From: Macrostomum lignano
Lineage: Eukaryota
Direction: 5' to 3'
DNA length: 64,000 bases
Assembly: GCA_002269645.1 (NCBI GenBank)
Contig: NIVC01000390.1
Coordinates: forward strand, 248,001 to 312,000
Shown: one piece after another, positions 22,101 through 34,146 of the stretch
Numbering within the stretch: the first letter of the stretch is position 1
Layout: each line of letters begins with the position of its first letter
Translations under genes and position numbers: made by a program
Notes under the pieces: generated by a model
The model's input: only the letters and a program-made list of their open reading frames with translations
Databases searched by the model: none
What the model was told of the DNA's origin: nothing

Positions 22101-25100
22101 CGTGGGATTTTTCTGTTAGTTAGTTAGTGGATCGGTTTGTATCTGCTATGACCATTCCGCTGCCCCCCGAGCGGGCACACAATAAGGGCGAGAATCGCCC
22201 GACAAGCCTTAGGCCAATTTTCGGAATCCAACCCGGGGGCACTTTGCGCAAGAGTTATCTGTCAGCGATCTACGCTCGTACGTTGTCTCTGAGTTCTCCT
22301 CTGAGCAAGCCAAGTAAGTGAAACTGTCTTCTGTTCTTGATCGACGGGGAAAGTATTGATTTTTAGGATTAGTGCCAACTCCCATATTGTAACTTACAGC
22401 AATGTAACTTAGTTCTACCAGCGATCGAGTTCAGCTCGTTAGTCGCTTATCAGTCATTAAGAAGTTGCACTTCTATCCCAGACTGACGGGTTAAGAATCA
22501 GGCCAACTACCAGTTGCTTGAAATTGCTGAATCAGCTTACAATGTAATCTTGGCTTGGCCTTCCTTGTACTCGTCCTTCCCCGGTGATTAAACAGAGTTG
22601 AGTTGAAGCGCTCACTACTAGTAGCATAGGCGCCTTCCACTTGCAACATGGCACAGGCTCATGCCTTAATGAGGCCTCCGCGCCCCACCCCCAACCCCCC
22701 CCCCCCTGAACCAGGCAGTTCATGGGGTCAGTCAGCGGTCGCAATCAACGAGCAATTTCGTCGCATTCATTCGGCATCCCCAGCAGCTGCCCAGCGGCTC
22801 TCCCCACCTAACCCGAAGAAGCAGCTGTCGAAAGGCTGCAAAGCAAACAGTGCGCGCTTGCCGACGGATGGTAGAAGAAATCCTGGCCAGCCTCCCCTAG
22901 CTTAGTAAGGAGAGCTGCTGCAAAGTGTAAATTTGCCTCAAACCCCTTCCCGACCACCGAAGCGGGTGTCGAGCTTTACCAGCTTTGCGCAAAGACTGAG
23001 GGCCGGCGGACTTAGTTAAAACAAACTCTCTCTCTCTCTTGTCGAGTGCGTGCGAAAAATTAGCCGCCCACCCCCTGCTGCGCAAGCGATTTTAAAGCCC
23101 AATAATCCAAGTCGCCGCGCGTGAGCCACCTGGTGCGCATTCCCCCTGTGCCTCATAGTTATGCCTATTATTTTATGGCCCGAGCCTGACTTTGTAGCGG
23201 CTTTTTTAGGCTCATTATAAATTTCTTACCTACTTACGACTAGATGTGAGCGGGCGGTGGCCTTTGGTGGAAGGCTCCTTGACCCTGTGCAGGGTGTACA
23301 CAAATACATTTATACTGTGCCTTGGGTTGCCTCAGGGTGATTGCGCCAGCAAAACAGACCCGTTGTACAGCTACCAGAGTCTTCAGGTGCCCTGGTCTTT
23401 CGCTATTCTACATGTAGCTCTCTTTTCAAAATCCAGTCGCCAATAGTCATCAATAGGTGTTAATGTCCAGCTGAAGTTATTGTGTGTTCCAATTAGCCTC
23501 TGAAGCTAGAAATTCACTTGAATAGTCAAAAGCTCAGTGCAATGTGGGGACCAACTGTGTCAGGTTTTTACATTGAGAAGGCGCTGCCGGGACATGACAG
23601 AATGACGTAAACTGATGGAACATTAGCAAAATATTTGCTTAGATGAAACACGGCAGCGGATTGGTCGATTAGCGAAAGCAACTGGAAGAGATTTTTGCAA
23701 GACAGCCGATTCCAAGAATCACAAATGCAGGCCGTAGGCTCTATTTCGGCTTCATTCGATGCTTCATCTCTCGGCCATCGCGGGACGGGCGGCCCCGTCA
23801 GGACCGGGGGCTGAAGTCATTCTTACCTTGTACCGCCTGCCGCTCGGGTCCACGCAGTCCCGGCTGTCGCGACACACCGGACAGCAGTCGCCCTTCGGCT
23901 GGAAGTAATCCTTCTCGGCGCATTCCAGCACCGGACAGTTCTGGCGTCGGCACACAATGGTCCCGTGCTGCGGGAGGGGACAGACAGGGATAGGAGGCAG
24001 CGCCGCGTCAGGTTGGGAAAACTATACGGTCTAAATGGATCCTTGAGTGGCCCTCCGCGGGTGGTGGAGGGGGCCCGCTAATGGCCGGCCCTTGGCATCA
24101 TCAACAACATCAGGGGGGGGATAGCGGAGCGGGCGGAGACGGAATTCCAGACCAGATCGGAATCCCTTAAGTGGCTCCCCCATCTTTCCGCTTGTCCGGC
24201 CGCTGTGTCTCTCATGTTGGCAGCCGGCCACCGGGCCCGTGGACCCTCCTGCGGGTCCGGTGTTTACATTAGTAGCAGCATTTGCCACGCAGCCTCAAAT
24301 CCCCCCGCCGCCGCCGTCACCGGCCAGTGGTTAATTTTCGATGTAGCCGCATTTAGCTTATTTAGCTAAGGCTAAGAATAAAGCTATAATCAACAGTAAA
24401 CTCTCGAATATTTTTCAGGCGTTCAAGAGTATGCTCCAATTTCTTGAATCGTAAAATAAAAGTAAATTCGAAAAAGAAAATTGCATCAGTTCAAGCCGTT
24501 ACATTTTTAATGTTGCTGGTTTGACTGACCTTGAAACAACTAGTTTCGTAATTTTTGTTTAAAATTGTCGCTTGCTGCTCTTTTGTCTAGCTAGAGCACC
24601 TTCAATGGCTGAAGAGAAGCTGAAAGGGGCTGCACAAGGAGTGCTGAACAGGGAGTGCTGAACAGGGAGTGCTGAACAAGGAGTGCTGAACAGGGAGTGC
24701 TGCACAAGGAGTGCTGAACAGGGAGTGCTGCACAAGGAGTGCTGAACAGGGAGTGCTGAACAGGGAGTGCTGAACAGGGAGTGCTGAACAGGGAGTGCTG
24801 AACAGGGAGTGCTGCACAAGGAGTGCTGAACAGGGAGTGCTGCACAAGGAGTGCTGAACAGGGAGTGCTGAACAGGGAGTGCTGAACAGGGAGTGCTGAA
24901 CAGGGAGTGCTGAACAGGGAGTGCTGCACAAGGAGTGCTGAACAGGGAGTGCTGCACAAGGAGTGCTGAACAGGGAGTGCTACACAAGGAGTGCTGAACA
25001 GGGAGTGCTGCACAAGGAGTGCTGAACAGAGAGTGCTGAACAGGGAGTGCTGAACAGGGAGTGCTGAACAGAGAGTGCTGAACAGAGAGTGCTGAACAGG

Positions 25101-28100
25101 GAGTGCTGGACAGGGAGTGCTGAACAGGGAGTGCTGAACAGGGAGTGCTGAACAGGGAGTGCTGAACAGGGAGTGCTGGACAGGGAGTGCTGAACAGAGA
25201 GTGCTGAACAGGGAGTGCTGAACAGAGAGTGCTGAACAGAGAGTGCTGAACAGGGAGTGCTGGACAGGGAGTGCTGAACAGGGAGTGCTGAACAGGGAGT
25301 GCTGAACAGGGAGTGCTGGACAGGGAGTGCTGAACAGGGAGTGCTGAACAGGGAGTGCTGAACAGGGAGTGCTGGACAGGAGTCGCTGTAAAGAGATTTG
25401 AGTGCTGTACGGGGGGTGCATGGCCTGTTAACTTGTGTGGGCGACTCGTAATAAAACGATTCGCGCGATGCCGTCTCAGCGAAGATTATTAAAGCATAGA
25501 AAATTTTTATATAGCAGCTTCTTGTCAGTATTGTGTGCTTTGAGAAGGCTAGGCCTCAGCTAAGCTACACATCACTGGAGCACACAATAAAAGGCTTTGT
25601 AGCAATAAATTTGCAGCATAAACCAGCATAAGCCTCAACAGTTTACAACCGCGCCGCCTTGCAAAAGAGAAAGCGAAAAAGCGCAGCAGCAGATGAAAGA
25701 GACTAAAAAGCGATTAAACAGACCCTCATTAAAACCAAAACATGGGAGGCTGTTGAAACTGGTGTGGACATATTCATATTAAACAGTCCTATCAACCACT
25801 TGAGCATTTTTGAGACAACAACCTGCCTGTCTATCCGGTGAAGAGGCTCTGAGAACGCGTCGCTAAGTCGCTTAGATTCTCGGGTCAATCTCAGGGGTCA
25901 AGAGATCCATTTTGACTCACCCGGCACGAGCAGTCGGTGCATCGGTCAACACTCCAAGCCGTAGTGTTTGAGTAGGTTTGGCCCTGGAACAGGCACTGCT
26001 GCTCGGCGGGCTTCGCTCGAGCCTCGGCGCCTGAAACGGCTGAAAACGGACAGAATGGGACCGAAGTGGCCTCAGTTGGCAGTGATAGAAATAGCGATGG
26101 GTTAAAGTTATTAAAACCACTGGCAAGCGGTGGGGTTAAATCAACCGATTGTGCCAGGAAAGGGTCGAATATTTTGGGATAGGATTAGTCGGAGCGGGAT
26201 TCGGCCATTTTCACCGATAATTTAGGTAGGACAAGGGCTAGGCCAACTCCATCCGGTCCTTCGGCCCCCATAACTTCACAATAGCAATCATTTATCTACG
26301 GAAACGAGTATGTAGCTTTTGAGCTATTTTTACTTGAAGAAACATTTTGAACTTTCGACTCTTTAACGGTTTTTTCTCGTTCCTGCCATCCCGGACAACT
26401 TTGAACGCTTGTGGAATGGCTACCTGAAAAGTAATATTGAAAAAAACTTTTTCCTGATTCTAGTTTGCTATATGATCCAAACCTGATGCACACCTAACAC
26501 CTGGTGGATTAATGATTAGTAGAACCTTCACCTGGCTCACTAGCTTGTTTTCTGTGAGTTCTCTAGGCAGTCCTAAGGGATTGCTAGACTGACGCATGGC
26601 CTTGGATACCTGTGGAGTATCAGGTGATTCTGGCTACGGTTCCGAGGGATGGGGCTACCTACTGACCTATAACAGAGTATACGGCCAGTCCAGCGAGCAG
26701 TTCATGAACCTTTGCCTGTGCACTTGGGTTCGGGGCCCGCTTTAGCCGTGCCTCCCCGATGCATCCGCACTAAATCCGAGCAAAACTAAAGTTATCAACT
26801 GTACTACTCTCACCTGAGCACGCGAGACAATGCCCGCTGTGGGTCTGCTCAGCTGGCGGACAGTTCACCAGCTGGCAGGCGTCCTTGAAGCAGCTCAGCA
26901 TGCCGCCCTCGCAGCGACAGACAACCGACTGGTCTTCGAATGGCCGAACGTTCTGATCAGGACTGACCAGCATGTTCTTCACAGTGCAGCCGAAGCAGCT
27001 GAAACGGTTGATGATGGATCGGAGTCGCTTTCAAGAGCAGCTTCAGGCAACAGGAAATTCCTGCAAACTATTCGCTAATTCAAAATTCATTCCCGAGGAC
27101 GAAGGCCCGGCCATTATTTTTGATGATCTTAAAAACAGCTCTGTCCCTCTCTCTGCCCCGGTCCCTTCCCGGCATCACAGGAGAAAATGCAAAATGCAAA
27201 GGTGTTGATAAAGCTCAGGTGGAGGCTTCAGCAGTTCCGCTTTAATCATCGGAGCTCCCGAGGAAAAGCTCCCTTCCCGAGGAGATGAGGCCGGCAGGAA
27301 AGAAACGCGAGTATGTCGTAATTGACAGCCAGCCCATGCAGCCGGGCTCTGGGGGACTGCTGTATTCCTATTTCAACTCCCTTAAGACCTTCCGCCTGCT
27401 TCGTTAAAATATTTTAGCAAAAAAGCCTCTTGCATGGACTCAAAGAGGCCTCTGGATTTTACTGACTGGCCAACCGAAGCATTTATGTTTTAGATCAAAG
27501 GAATGCGCTCTTAGATTAAATATCTACGCATTTAGACTAGAGATTTACACATTTAGACTAGAGATCTACGCATTTAGACAAGAGATCTACACATTTAGAC
27601 TAGAGATCTACGCATTTAGACAAGAGATCTACACATTTAGACTAGAGCTCTACGCATTTAGACTAGAGCTCTACGCATTTAGACTAGAGATCTACGCATT
27701 TAGACTAGAGCTCTACAAATTTAGACTAGAGATCTACGCATTTAGACTAGAGCTCTACAAATTTAGACTAGAGATCTACGCATTTAGACTAGAGATCTAC
27801 CCATTTAGACTAGAGATCTACAAATTTAGACTAGAGATCTACGATTTAGACAAGAGATCTACACATTCACGCCCTAAAAATCTACACATTTAGACTAGAG
27901 ATCTGCACCTTTAGACTAGAGATATATGCATTTAGACTAGAAATCTACACATTAAGACTAGAAATCTAAGCATTCAGACTAGAGATCTACGCATTTAGAC
28001 GAGAGACCTACACCCAGCAGAACTGCAGAAAGCGCCCTAATCAGACATCTGTGCATGAAGTAACTACTTATCAAATAAAACACCATAGCACCCATTCGCG

Positions 28101-29582
28101 CACCTGGGGCAGCACTGTCCAGGCCGACGGACCTGGTACTCCTCCACACAGGTGGGGTGGCAGATTCGGGTCTGCTGGGTGATCAGCCCCGAGTGGCACC
28201 GGAAAACCTGGCATGGTTCGTCCGCGCTGTGCCAGGCCTGGCCGTGCGGCAAAGTGAGGAACCGGCCATTGCGCAGCTCCAGACGGCAGCTGCGGCAGCT
28301 TTCGCAGCAGCCGTTATTCTCGGTCACGTGACAGTCTGGCGGGACCGGCTCGCACACTTGGCGAGTGCAGGTCAAACGGTCGTTCTGTATTGTTTAATTA
28401 GTAAAATTTGAGGTTGAAAATTTTGACTGTGTATCTTTGGGTTTTACGAGCTATATTCCTCATCCAGTAAACAGAATGTACTGTGAACATTCCAGAGCTT
28501 ACTTCCTGAAAGCAATCATTCCCTGCCTGCTGACATGCGAGCACACACACACACACACACTGACAGATACGTACGCAGACACACGCTCGCACAGGATGTA
28601 CAGCGGCCCAGACTTTCTTATCGTCTATAATCGAATAGACGATAGACGAGGATCGAATATTTTACAACTGTTCAATGGTGCCTTGGACAATGTCCCACAG
28701 TATACTACAAGTTTCAATGCAGAATTTCCGGCCCCATCAACCAAAGAGAAACTTGCAATCCCGGGCAGAAAGCGCGGTTAGGATTGTATCCATAGCGAGC
28801 GAGGTGGCGTGTTGGGGTGCATCTGTGCCATGCTGAGGAGTTGAGGTAGCTAAGGCGGTTACCCGGTAACTGGTAGCTCTTCAACTTACAGAAACCCCCC
28901 TTGTGTTCTGAGGAGGTTTGCATTGAGGTTTGCCCCCGCTTGCTTTTGCCTAAACACATTGGGGCGCGAACCCCGGGGTAGCTCCCTTGTTGTTCTTCTT
29001 CGCGTGGCCAAAGCTCGCTACATTTGTTGCCTCTGTGCAAGTCTTGACTTAGCAGCGGCTTGCGGTCCCAGTGCGCACCTGCTAGGCCACGGGCAGAATT
29101 CGGGCTGCGCTGTCCGGGCCTTTTCTGAGTTCGAAGTTTGGCACCTTCCCTTGTCCATCCCTTTCCTATCGGCTTTCTATTTTGTCATTCTCTGACTCTC
29201 TTTTGCCATCTACCCCGTCCTCTCTACAAGCGGAAGACCGCTCGCTCACATTGCAGAAGCATTTGTGACATGGCATGCTGTGCAGGCTGGCAACTCCTGG
29301 CGGCTGGCCTCCGTTGAACTGGCTGCAGCTCGTGCGGCGCACCTCTGCGGGGCCGGGCGGGTTGGTGGAAAACATCAATAAGGTTTATTAAGTTACTGCT
29401 TATCTGGTCTAAAGGTGAACATTGCTAAAACGTCACAAATGTAGGATATTTCAGATTGTCCAAGTTTGAGCACAGAAATTCTATCGGCAATTCTTACCCA
29501 GAACCTCTCTCTGCTGCGCCTGGGTCGCCAGGCTGAGAAGGTAGGCGGCCAGCAGCGCGAGGCCAGCAGCGGCAAGTCTCAT
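19025..29582 (-). CDS. BMPER: BMP-binding endothelial regulator / Crossveinless-2 orthologue; nine exons (29582-29498, 29344-29250, 28384-28104, 26998-26814, 26039-25921, 23967-23827, 22066-21608, 20224-19896, 19448-19025; 705 aa)
   Basis: Signal peptide MRLAAAGLALLAAYLLSLATQA, exactly five VWC domains, VWD (LCGLCGNYNG), C8 and TIL, which is the BMPER architecture. All eight introns are GT-AG with matching phases (2118 nt). Confidence 0.88.
19700..19810 (+). mobile_element. Diverged SINE family A fragment
   Basis: TGTACATACCCAGACGATGAAAAAG..CACCCTCTGTGTTAGCTTGTGCCTGCGTA matches the family body. Confidence 0.55.
20604..21483 (-). mobile_element. SINE family A copy split by a MITE: body 20604-20810, tRNA head 21395-21483
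   Basis: The head GGCAGACCAGCTCAGCGGCAAACGCGTCTGAC..TGATTCGATGCC and the body AAGGCACAGAGAGTGTACATGCCTGA lie on either side of the inverted-repeat element. Confidence 0.7.
20811..21390. mobile_element. MITE-like non-autonomous DNA transposon, about 580 bp, with imperfect terminal inverted repeats of about 80 bp
   Basis: Left GAACTTGAAAGTCAAAATGGAGCCTGCAGCATTG..TTCCTTCATTTGGAGC; reverse complement of the right end GAACTTACGAGTCAAAATGGAGCCTGAAGCATTG..TCCCTTCATTTGGAGC. No clear TSD and no transposase. Confidence 0.75.
22145..22290 (-). mobile_element. Deleted SINE family A copy
   Basis: CCATTCCGCTG and GAATCGCCCGACAAGCC..GCCAATTTTCGG match 2647-2660 and 2798-2830. Confidence 0.5.
24629..25381. 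repeat. 14-bp minisatellite (GGAGTGCTGAACAG)n in a BMPER intron
   Basis: About 54 units with blocks of variants (GCTGCACAAG, GCTGGACAG). Confidence 0.97.
27527..28010. repeat. 21-bp minisatellite (TTAGACTAGAGATCTACGCAT)n in a BMPER intron
   Basis: About 23 units; period 21 measured at 27723 and 27744. Confidence 0.95.
28550..28630 (-). mobile_element. SINE family A fragment
   Basis: CACACGCTCGCACAGGATGTACAG..GACTTTCTTATCGTC matches 2710-2755. Confidence 0.55.
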
Positions 29583-30694
29583 ATTTAAAATTTCAAGGTT
29601 TGCTCCTGAATGCGCTGCTGTATGCTTGGCGGGCCAGCCGGCGCCGTGCTGAATAAATGAATAAATTCAACGTGGACGAGGCAAACGGACTGGGGAATCG
29701 AGTCAGCGAACTCGGCCAACTGATAGGAGCGGAGGCCGGGGTTGGCTGTGAGGAGGAGGAGAAAGAGGAATTGATGGGGCGCCCAGCCAGCTTCTCTACC
29801 GGCCACTTGACTGCCAGGCCACCCCAGTCCATTAGTTACGGTCGCCCATACACCCCGCACCTGTGGAGTCTTCGCCGTCTGCCAGCCAATAGCAGCGCAG
29901 CTGGGGGGGGGCGGATGACAGGCAAACTGCAGAGCCGGAATTGTCTGCTAAAATGGTATTCGTCTGGCTCAGTGTGGGCTGCGCATCGTTTTAAATACGC
30001 ACGGATTGTGCAATTGAGGGAGAGCTGAAGCTAGAGAGCTTGGAAAGGGCTAGAGGCAGGTAGGCAGGCAGATGTAAAGATGTTAAAATGCGATAAAAAT
30101 CGAGTAGATGGCCTGCAAAGAGAGCAAGCGAAGGACAACAGGCATAGACAGAGTAGAAAAAAAGCAGAGAATTATTTTCAGTCGGCTCATTTTTATCAAG
30201 ATCATTAAAATGTTGGTGGCGGCCGAGACCCATTATTGTATACAATACCTGAGCCAACCTTGCAGGGACATGCTCACAATTGGTCTTTAATCTCTTCTCC
30301 AGCTTACGTCATCCGTCGTTTGATGCTGATAGACGCCAATAGCTGGATCACGCAACTTTCGCAGATCGGTATCGCTGGCCTCACATGCAATAAATTATTG
30401 TTAAGAGAGGCCTTGACATTGAGCCAACATTTGCCTGGTTCCATTGTCTTCTTGTTGTGTAAAATTTAGCCTTAATCGAGAGTAATTTTCAGCCTAGAGG
30501 CACACTGTAAATTTGGTTTCATCACAAAGCTGAGTAAAGTTTCCTTATTCGAGCTTTGAGCAATAGGCTATGAGCTAGCGTTTGTAGACACATACATCAG
30601 AGAAGTATTTGGACCGGTTTTCCAGCGACAGAGCTAGATTAAGCCGCCTGCTTGAGTGCAGTCAAGCTTGTAGGCTGCAGGGAGTTCTCGCCAT

Positions 30695-30910
30695 AGCGTC
30701 ATAACGCCGGGAGAGCGGACCCTATATATATCATACTTTACTTCTATTACACTGTACCACTGTATAAGCATGATAGAGTGTCACAACACCTCTGGGAGCA
30801 ACGCTAGTTCTGTGTGTCATCACGCCAGAACGAACAATTTCGTACCAGAGCGTCATTACGCCTGTCAGTAGCAGTACGAGCGTATCCCATTGGCAGAGCG
30901 TCACAACGCC
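30695..30910. repeat. Five copies of a 14-bp semi-palindromic core (consensus AGCGTCAYWACGCC) separated by unrelated spacers
   Basis: Cores at 30695, 30777, 30813, 30849 and 30897; spacings 82, 36, 36 and 48 bp. Confidence 0.65.
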
Positions 30911-31954
30911 TGCTGGTACAACCGTATAGTACTTGGGCTGGGCACCCGAACCGACCTTGGTTACTACATTAGACTAACAATTAAACTACTCCAGTAAAAT
31001 GAAGTTTTGGTCGTTTGGTCAACTTTTGCTCCACACCCACCCAAATTCCACTTGATAGCATAGGAATCAACCTTGTACAGAACAACTCATATATCCTAGT
31101 TTTCGATTTAAAAGTCCAGACTGTGAGAGAACAATTACAGACAGTAATTAAAGACAATAAAATCTCAAGTTTCTTTAGGATTTGCACTTGTATGATGATC
31201 TCGCTCTGCTACTGAGAGTAGTGCTAATGGGATAATTCCAAACGAACCGGACAAACGTAAGTAACAAATCCAGTTGCATCCAGATAAGCCAGTTCTTTAC
31301 ACAGCCAGTGATAAATTATACTGTTCTTCCTGATCGTACTGAAACGGTCAGGTGTAACATTTTAATTAAATTTCTAGGACTCACGAGAATAGCTTTGTTG
31401 GATGGGTCCCTTGCTGGCATACGCTCGGAACATAATTAGCGATCCTTGTCAGAAAAAGACTAGACAATATTTTTTTCCACAGTGATTATTGAAAAAAGCA
31501 ACAATTTTTTACTCGATATGTACATTCCATGCCATGCCATTTAAGTACGAGTATTTAAAATCAGTACTTTGAAGCTTCGTTCCGTTCCAAAGAAAATTCC
31601 CTTGCTTGTAAGTCAGACAGAAAGTCATTCGAAAAATTTATCTAATTTTTCAGAGCACTTCGCTTTGCATGCCAATCTGCTAATGGGCTGAGGGCCTCGA
31701 GTCAGCATTCATGTTTACGCCCTTAGCTAATGACATTTTAATCTATCTAATACTTCTGCGACTTAGCACCTCAGGTCTGTTAGCTTTGAGTTGTAGGATT
31801 TCTTCCGGTCCGTCTTTAACTCATTTCCACTCGGACAAGTATCTTTTGTGAGCGCAGCGGGCGCTGATATGCATATTAAAGGATTTTGCATCGATGAGTC
31901 ACTACTTTTGAAACTGTTTTAGCTCTAATTAATGGCACATTCAAAAAGTACACT

Positions 31955-32163
31955 GTAGCCTAGTGATTAGAGCGTCGGACTCACGACATGAAGGTCGGGG
32001 GTTCCATTACCGATCCCACTGGAACTATTTGTGTCCTTGAGCAAGACACTTAACTCTGCATTGCTTCAGTTCACCCTGCTGTAAAATGGGTGCCAGCATT
32101 AGCAGGGGTAATTGAGGGTGTGTGTGGTGACCCCACAGTTCTTGGACTGAACATCCGTACATC
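31955..32163 (+). mobile_element. CORE-type SINE (family B), 5' part, interrupted by a LINE
   Basis: tRNA-like head and the CORE block TGTGTCCTTGAGCAAGACACTTAACTCTGCATTGCTTCAGTTCACCCTGCTGTAAAATGGG at 32030-32090; colinear with 8966-9215. Confidence 0.85.
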
Positions 32164-32642
32164 CGTGCCGGGGCTGTTGCCCCCAGGACCCCGGGTCCTG
32201 CACGTAATGGCGTGGTGAACTATCTGTGTAGTATGAGACTGGTATGGCCTTTATCCCAGCCAGCGATGCTCACACCTGCCTCCCCTGGCGGGCCGATAGC
32301 TCAAGAGACTCTGTCTCCTGATTTTCACCTTGCAAGGCGCACTTCGAAGGGTACTCATCCCGTGGGTGTTAAGGCAGGCCCCTTTGGGCCCTGCCGAGCT
32401 GATTCGTTGGCGCCGGGTCCTGGTGTGACCATAAACGCACCCTCTAATGTCCCAGTGTAACTCCGTGCTGATGGACGCTTGGCCAGGGAGTAGTCTGGTC
32501 GCTAACGGTTCCCCTTGCGCTTTTGGGTCCCCCCGCAGGGTGGTATTTTGCTTTTTGGGGGCCTGCCGCTTGGTTTGGGGTTGCGGCCTTGCGGCTCTTT
32601 GCCTGTGTTCTGCAGGAAGTCCCACTTTTTTACTTCCAGCCA

Positions 32643-34146
32643 ATGGCTTCTAACCGAAGTAACAAACCGGCTGTGGATGACACAGTGCCTCCGGCCTCGG
32701 CTGGGGCCGTGGACTCCTCGGCCATACCACCTGCTACCATCGGGGACGCCTCGGCGAGACCCGTGGAGCCAACTCTGAGCGGTGCCTCCGAGAAGACACC
32801 TGCTACTCCAGCTGCTAAGCAACGCAGCACCACCTCTGGAGCTGCCCGCCGTCGACTTAACAAGGCGAGGCGGGCCAAGGAGGGCGGAAGCCAAACCGGT
32901 GCCAGGGGCCAACGGCCCGCGGCAGCGGAAGCTTCCCAGTCTGGGGCGGTGGCGGAAGAGGGCCTCGAGCCCACGGAAGCCCCTGCCCAGGATAGGGAGG
33001 CCGATGCAGCCGGGAGGGTGGACAGCCCACCTGAAGAAAGCTCCACTGACCCCCGGCCTCCTACGCTGATGCGGCAAAGAGGCAACCGGCGGTTGTCATC
33101 CTGGGAAAGGACGCGCGCCTGTCTCCCGATCAGCTGAAGCAGGTGAGAAGTGCCGTTGATGGCCTCCTGTGGAAGCTTACTCTGAAGGGCACGCCTCTGA
33201 ACATTCATTCGAATGCGACGAGGGACTCGTGCCTTCTCATTTGGCCCAGTGATGCTGACTCGGGTCGGCGGCTCCTTGAGCTGCTGCCCGAGCAGAGCTG
33301 GGACCTCAACCTAGCCTTCTGCAGAGAGGACGAGCGCCCCCGGACCAAGAGGCATCGAATCTGGGTCCCGGCCAGGAGCGTTGTTACCTCTGCTGACGAG
33401 CTCCGGAAAGGACTGCTAGCAGTCAACCGAGAGCTTCCCGCCGCGGGCTTTGTGGTGCATGACACCCTTAAGCGCACCGACGGCACTGGCTTCACAGCCA
33501 TCCTGGGGCTGTCGGACGCCTGGATGAGGCGTTATCCACACGGCGCCTTTGGAAGCTGCGCATCCGCTCCTACGAGGCCGACCCTCCCCGTGGCAGTGAG
33601 CAGGGCGGGCGGGATGCGGAGGCGGCCGGGGCCGAGGCGCAAGCCTCTGCTCAGACTGCCAAAGCAAACCGCCCTGCCCGGCAGCACGGCCGCGCGGGCA
33701 AAGCTGAGCGCGCTGCTGAGGGCGGAGGCGACCGACGCCCGGCGCGCAGCACCAAGCGGCGCGGCCTGTACCAGCGTGCAGCTGAGGCAGTCCGTACCGC
33801 CAAAATCGCCCAGCTGAGGCGAGAGGTCGCCGGGACGCCTAGGCGCACCAGTTCGTCCAGGGAGGGTGGGGACGTCCCAGCTGGGCCCAACCCCTCGGGG
33901 CAGGGCCGACTGGAGACGGACCCGCCTGCCCAGGCGGCTGGCTGCTCCAGGGCATTGGGCCAATCTGAGGCGGAGGACCCCATGGATGGTGGGCAAAGGG
34001 CGGCGAACGCTGCCTACTGCCTTCCAGCCAATCGGGGGCCTTTTGCTGAAGAAGAGCCCATGGACACCGGCGACCCCGACCCGAAGCCGGTGAGCGCCGA
34101 GGAGGAGGAGGAACTCCTGGCGGCTGCAACATCCGATCTGCAATGA
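32643..34146 (+). CDS. LINE ORF1 (gag-like), broken by at least two frameshifts (about 33060 and 33540)
   Basis: MASNRSNK start, SGAARRRLNKARR basic motif, SYADAAK and RHRIWVP..GLLAVNREL as in LOA-type ORF1; ends at TGA 34144-34146. Confidence 0.7.

Noticed and set aside
30695-30910. CRISPR-like repeat-spacer layout
   Set aside because: Eukaryotic context, a 14-bp degenerate core, uneven spacers and no cas genes; kept only as a regulatory candidate.
32340-32410. Definite HDV-like ribozyme
   Set aside because: P1 and P2 pairings could not be completed in canonical order by eye.
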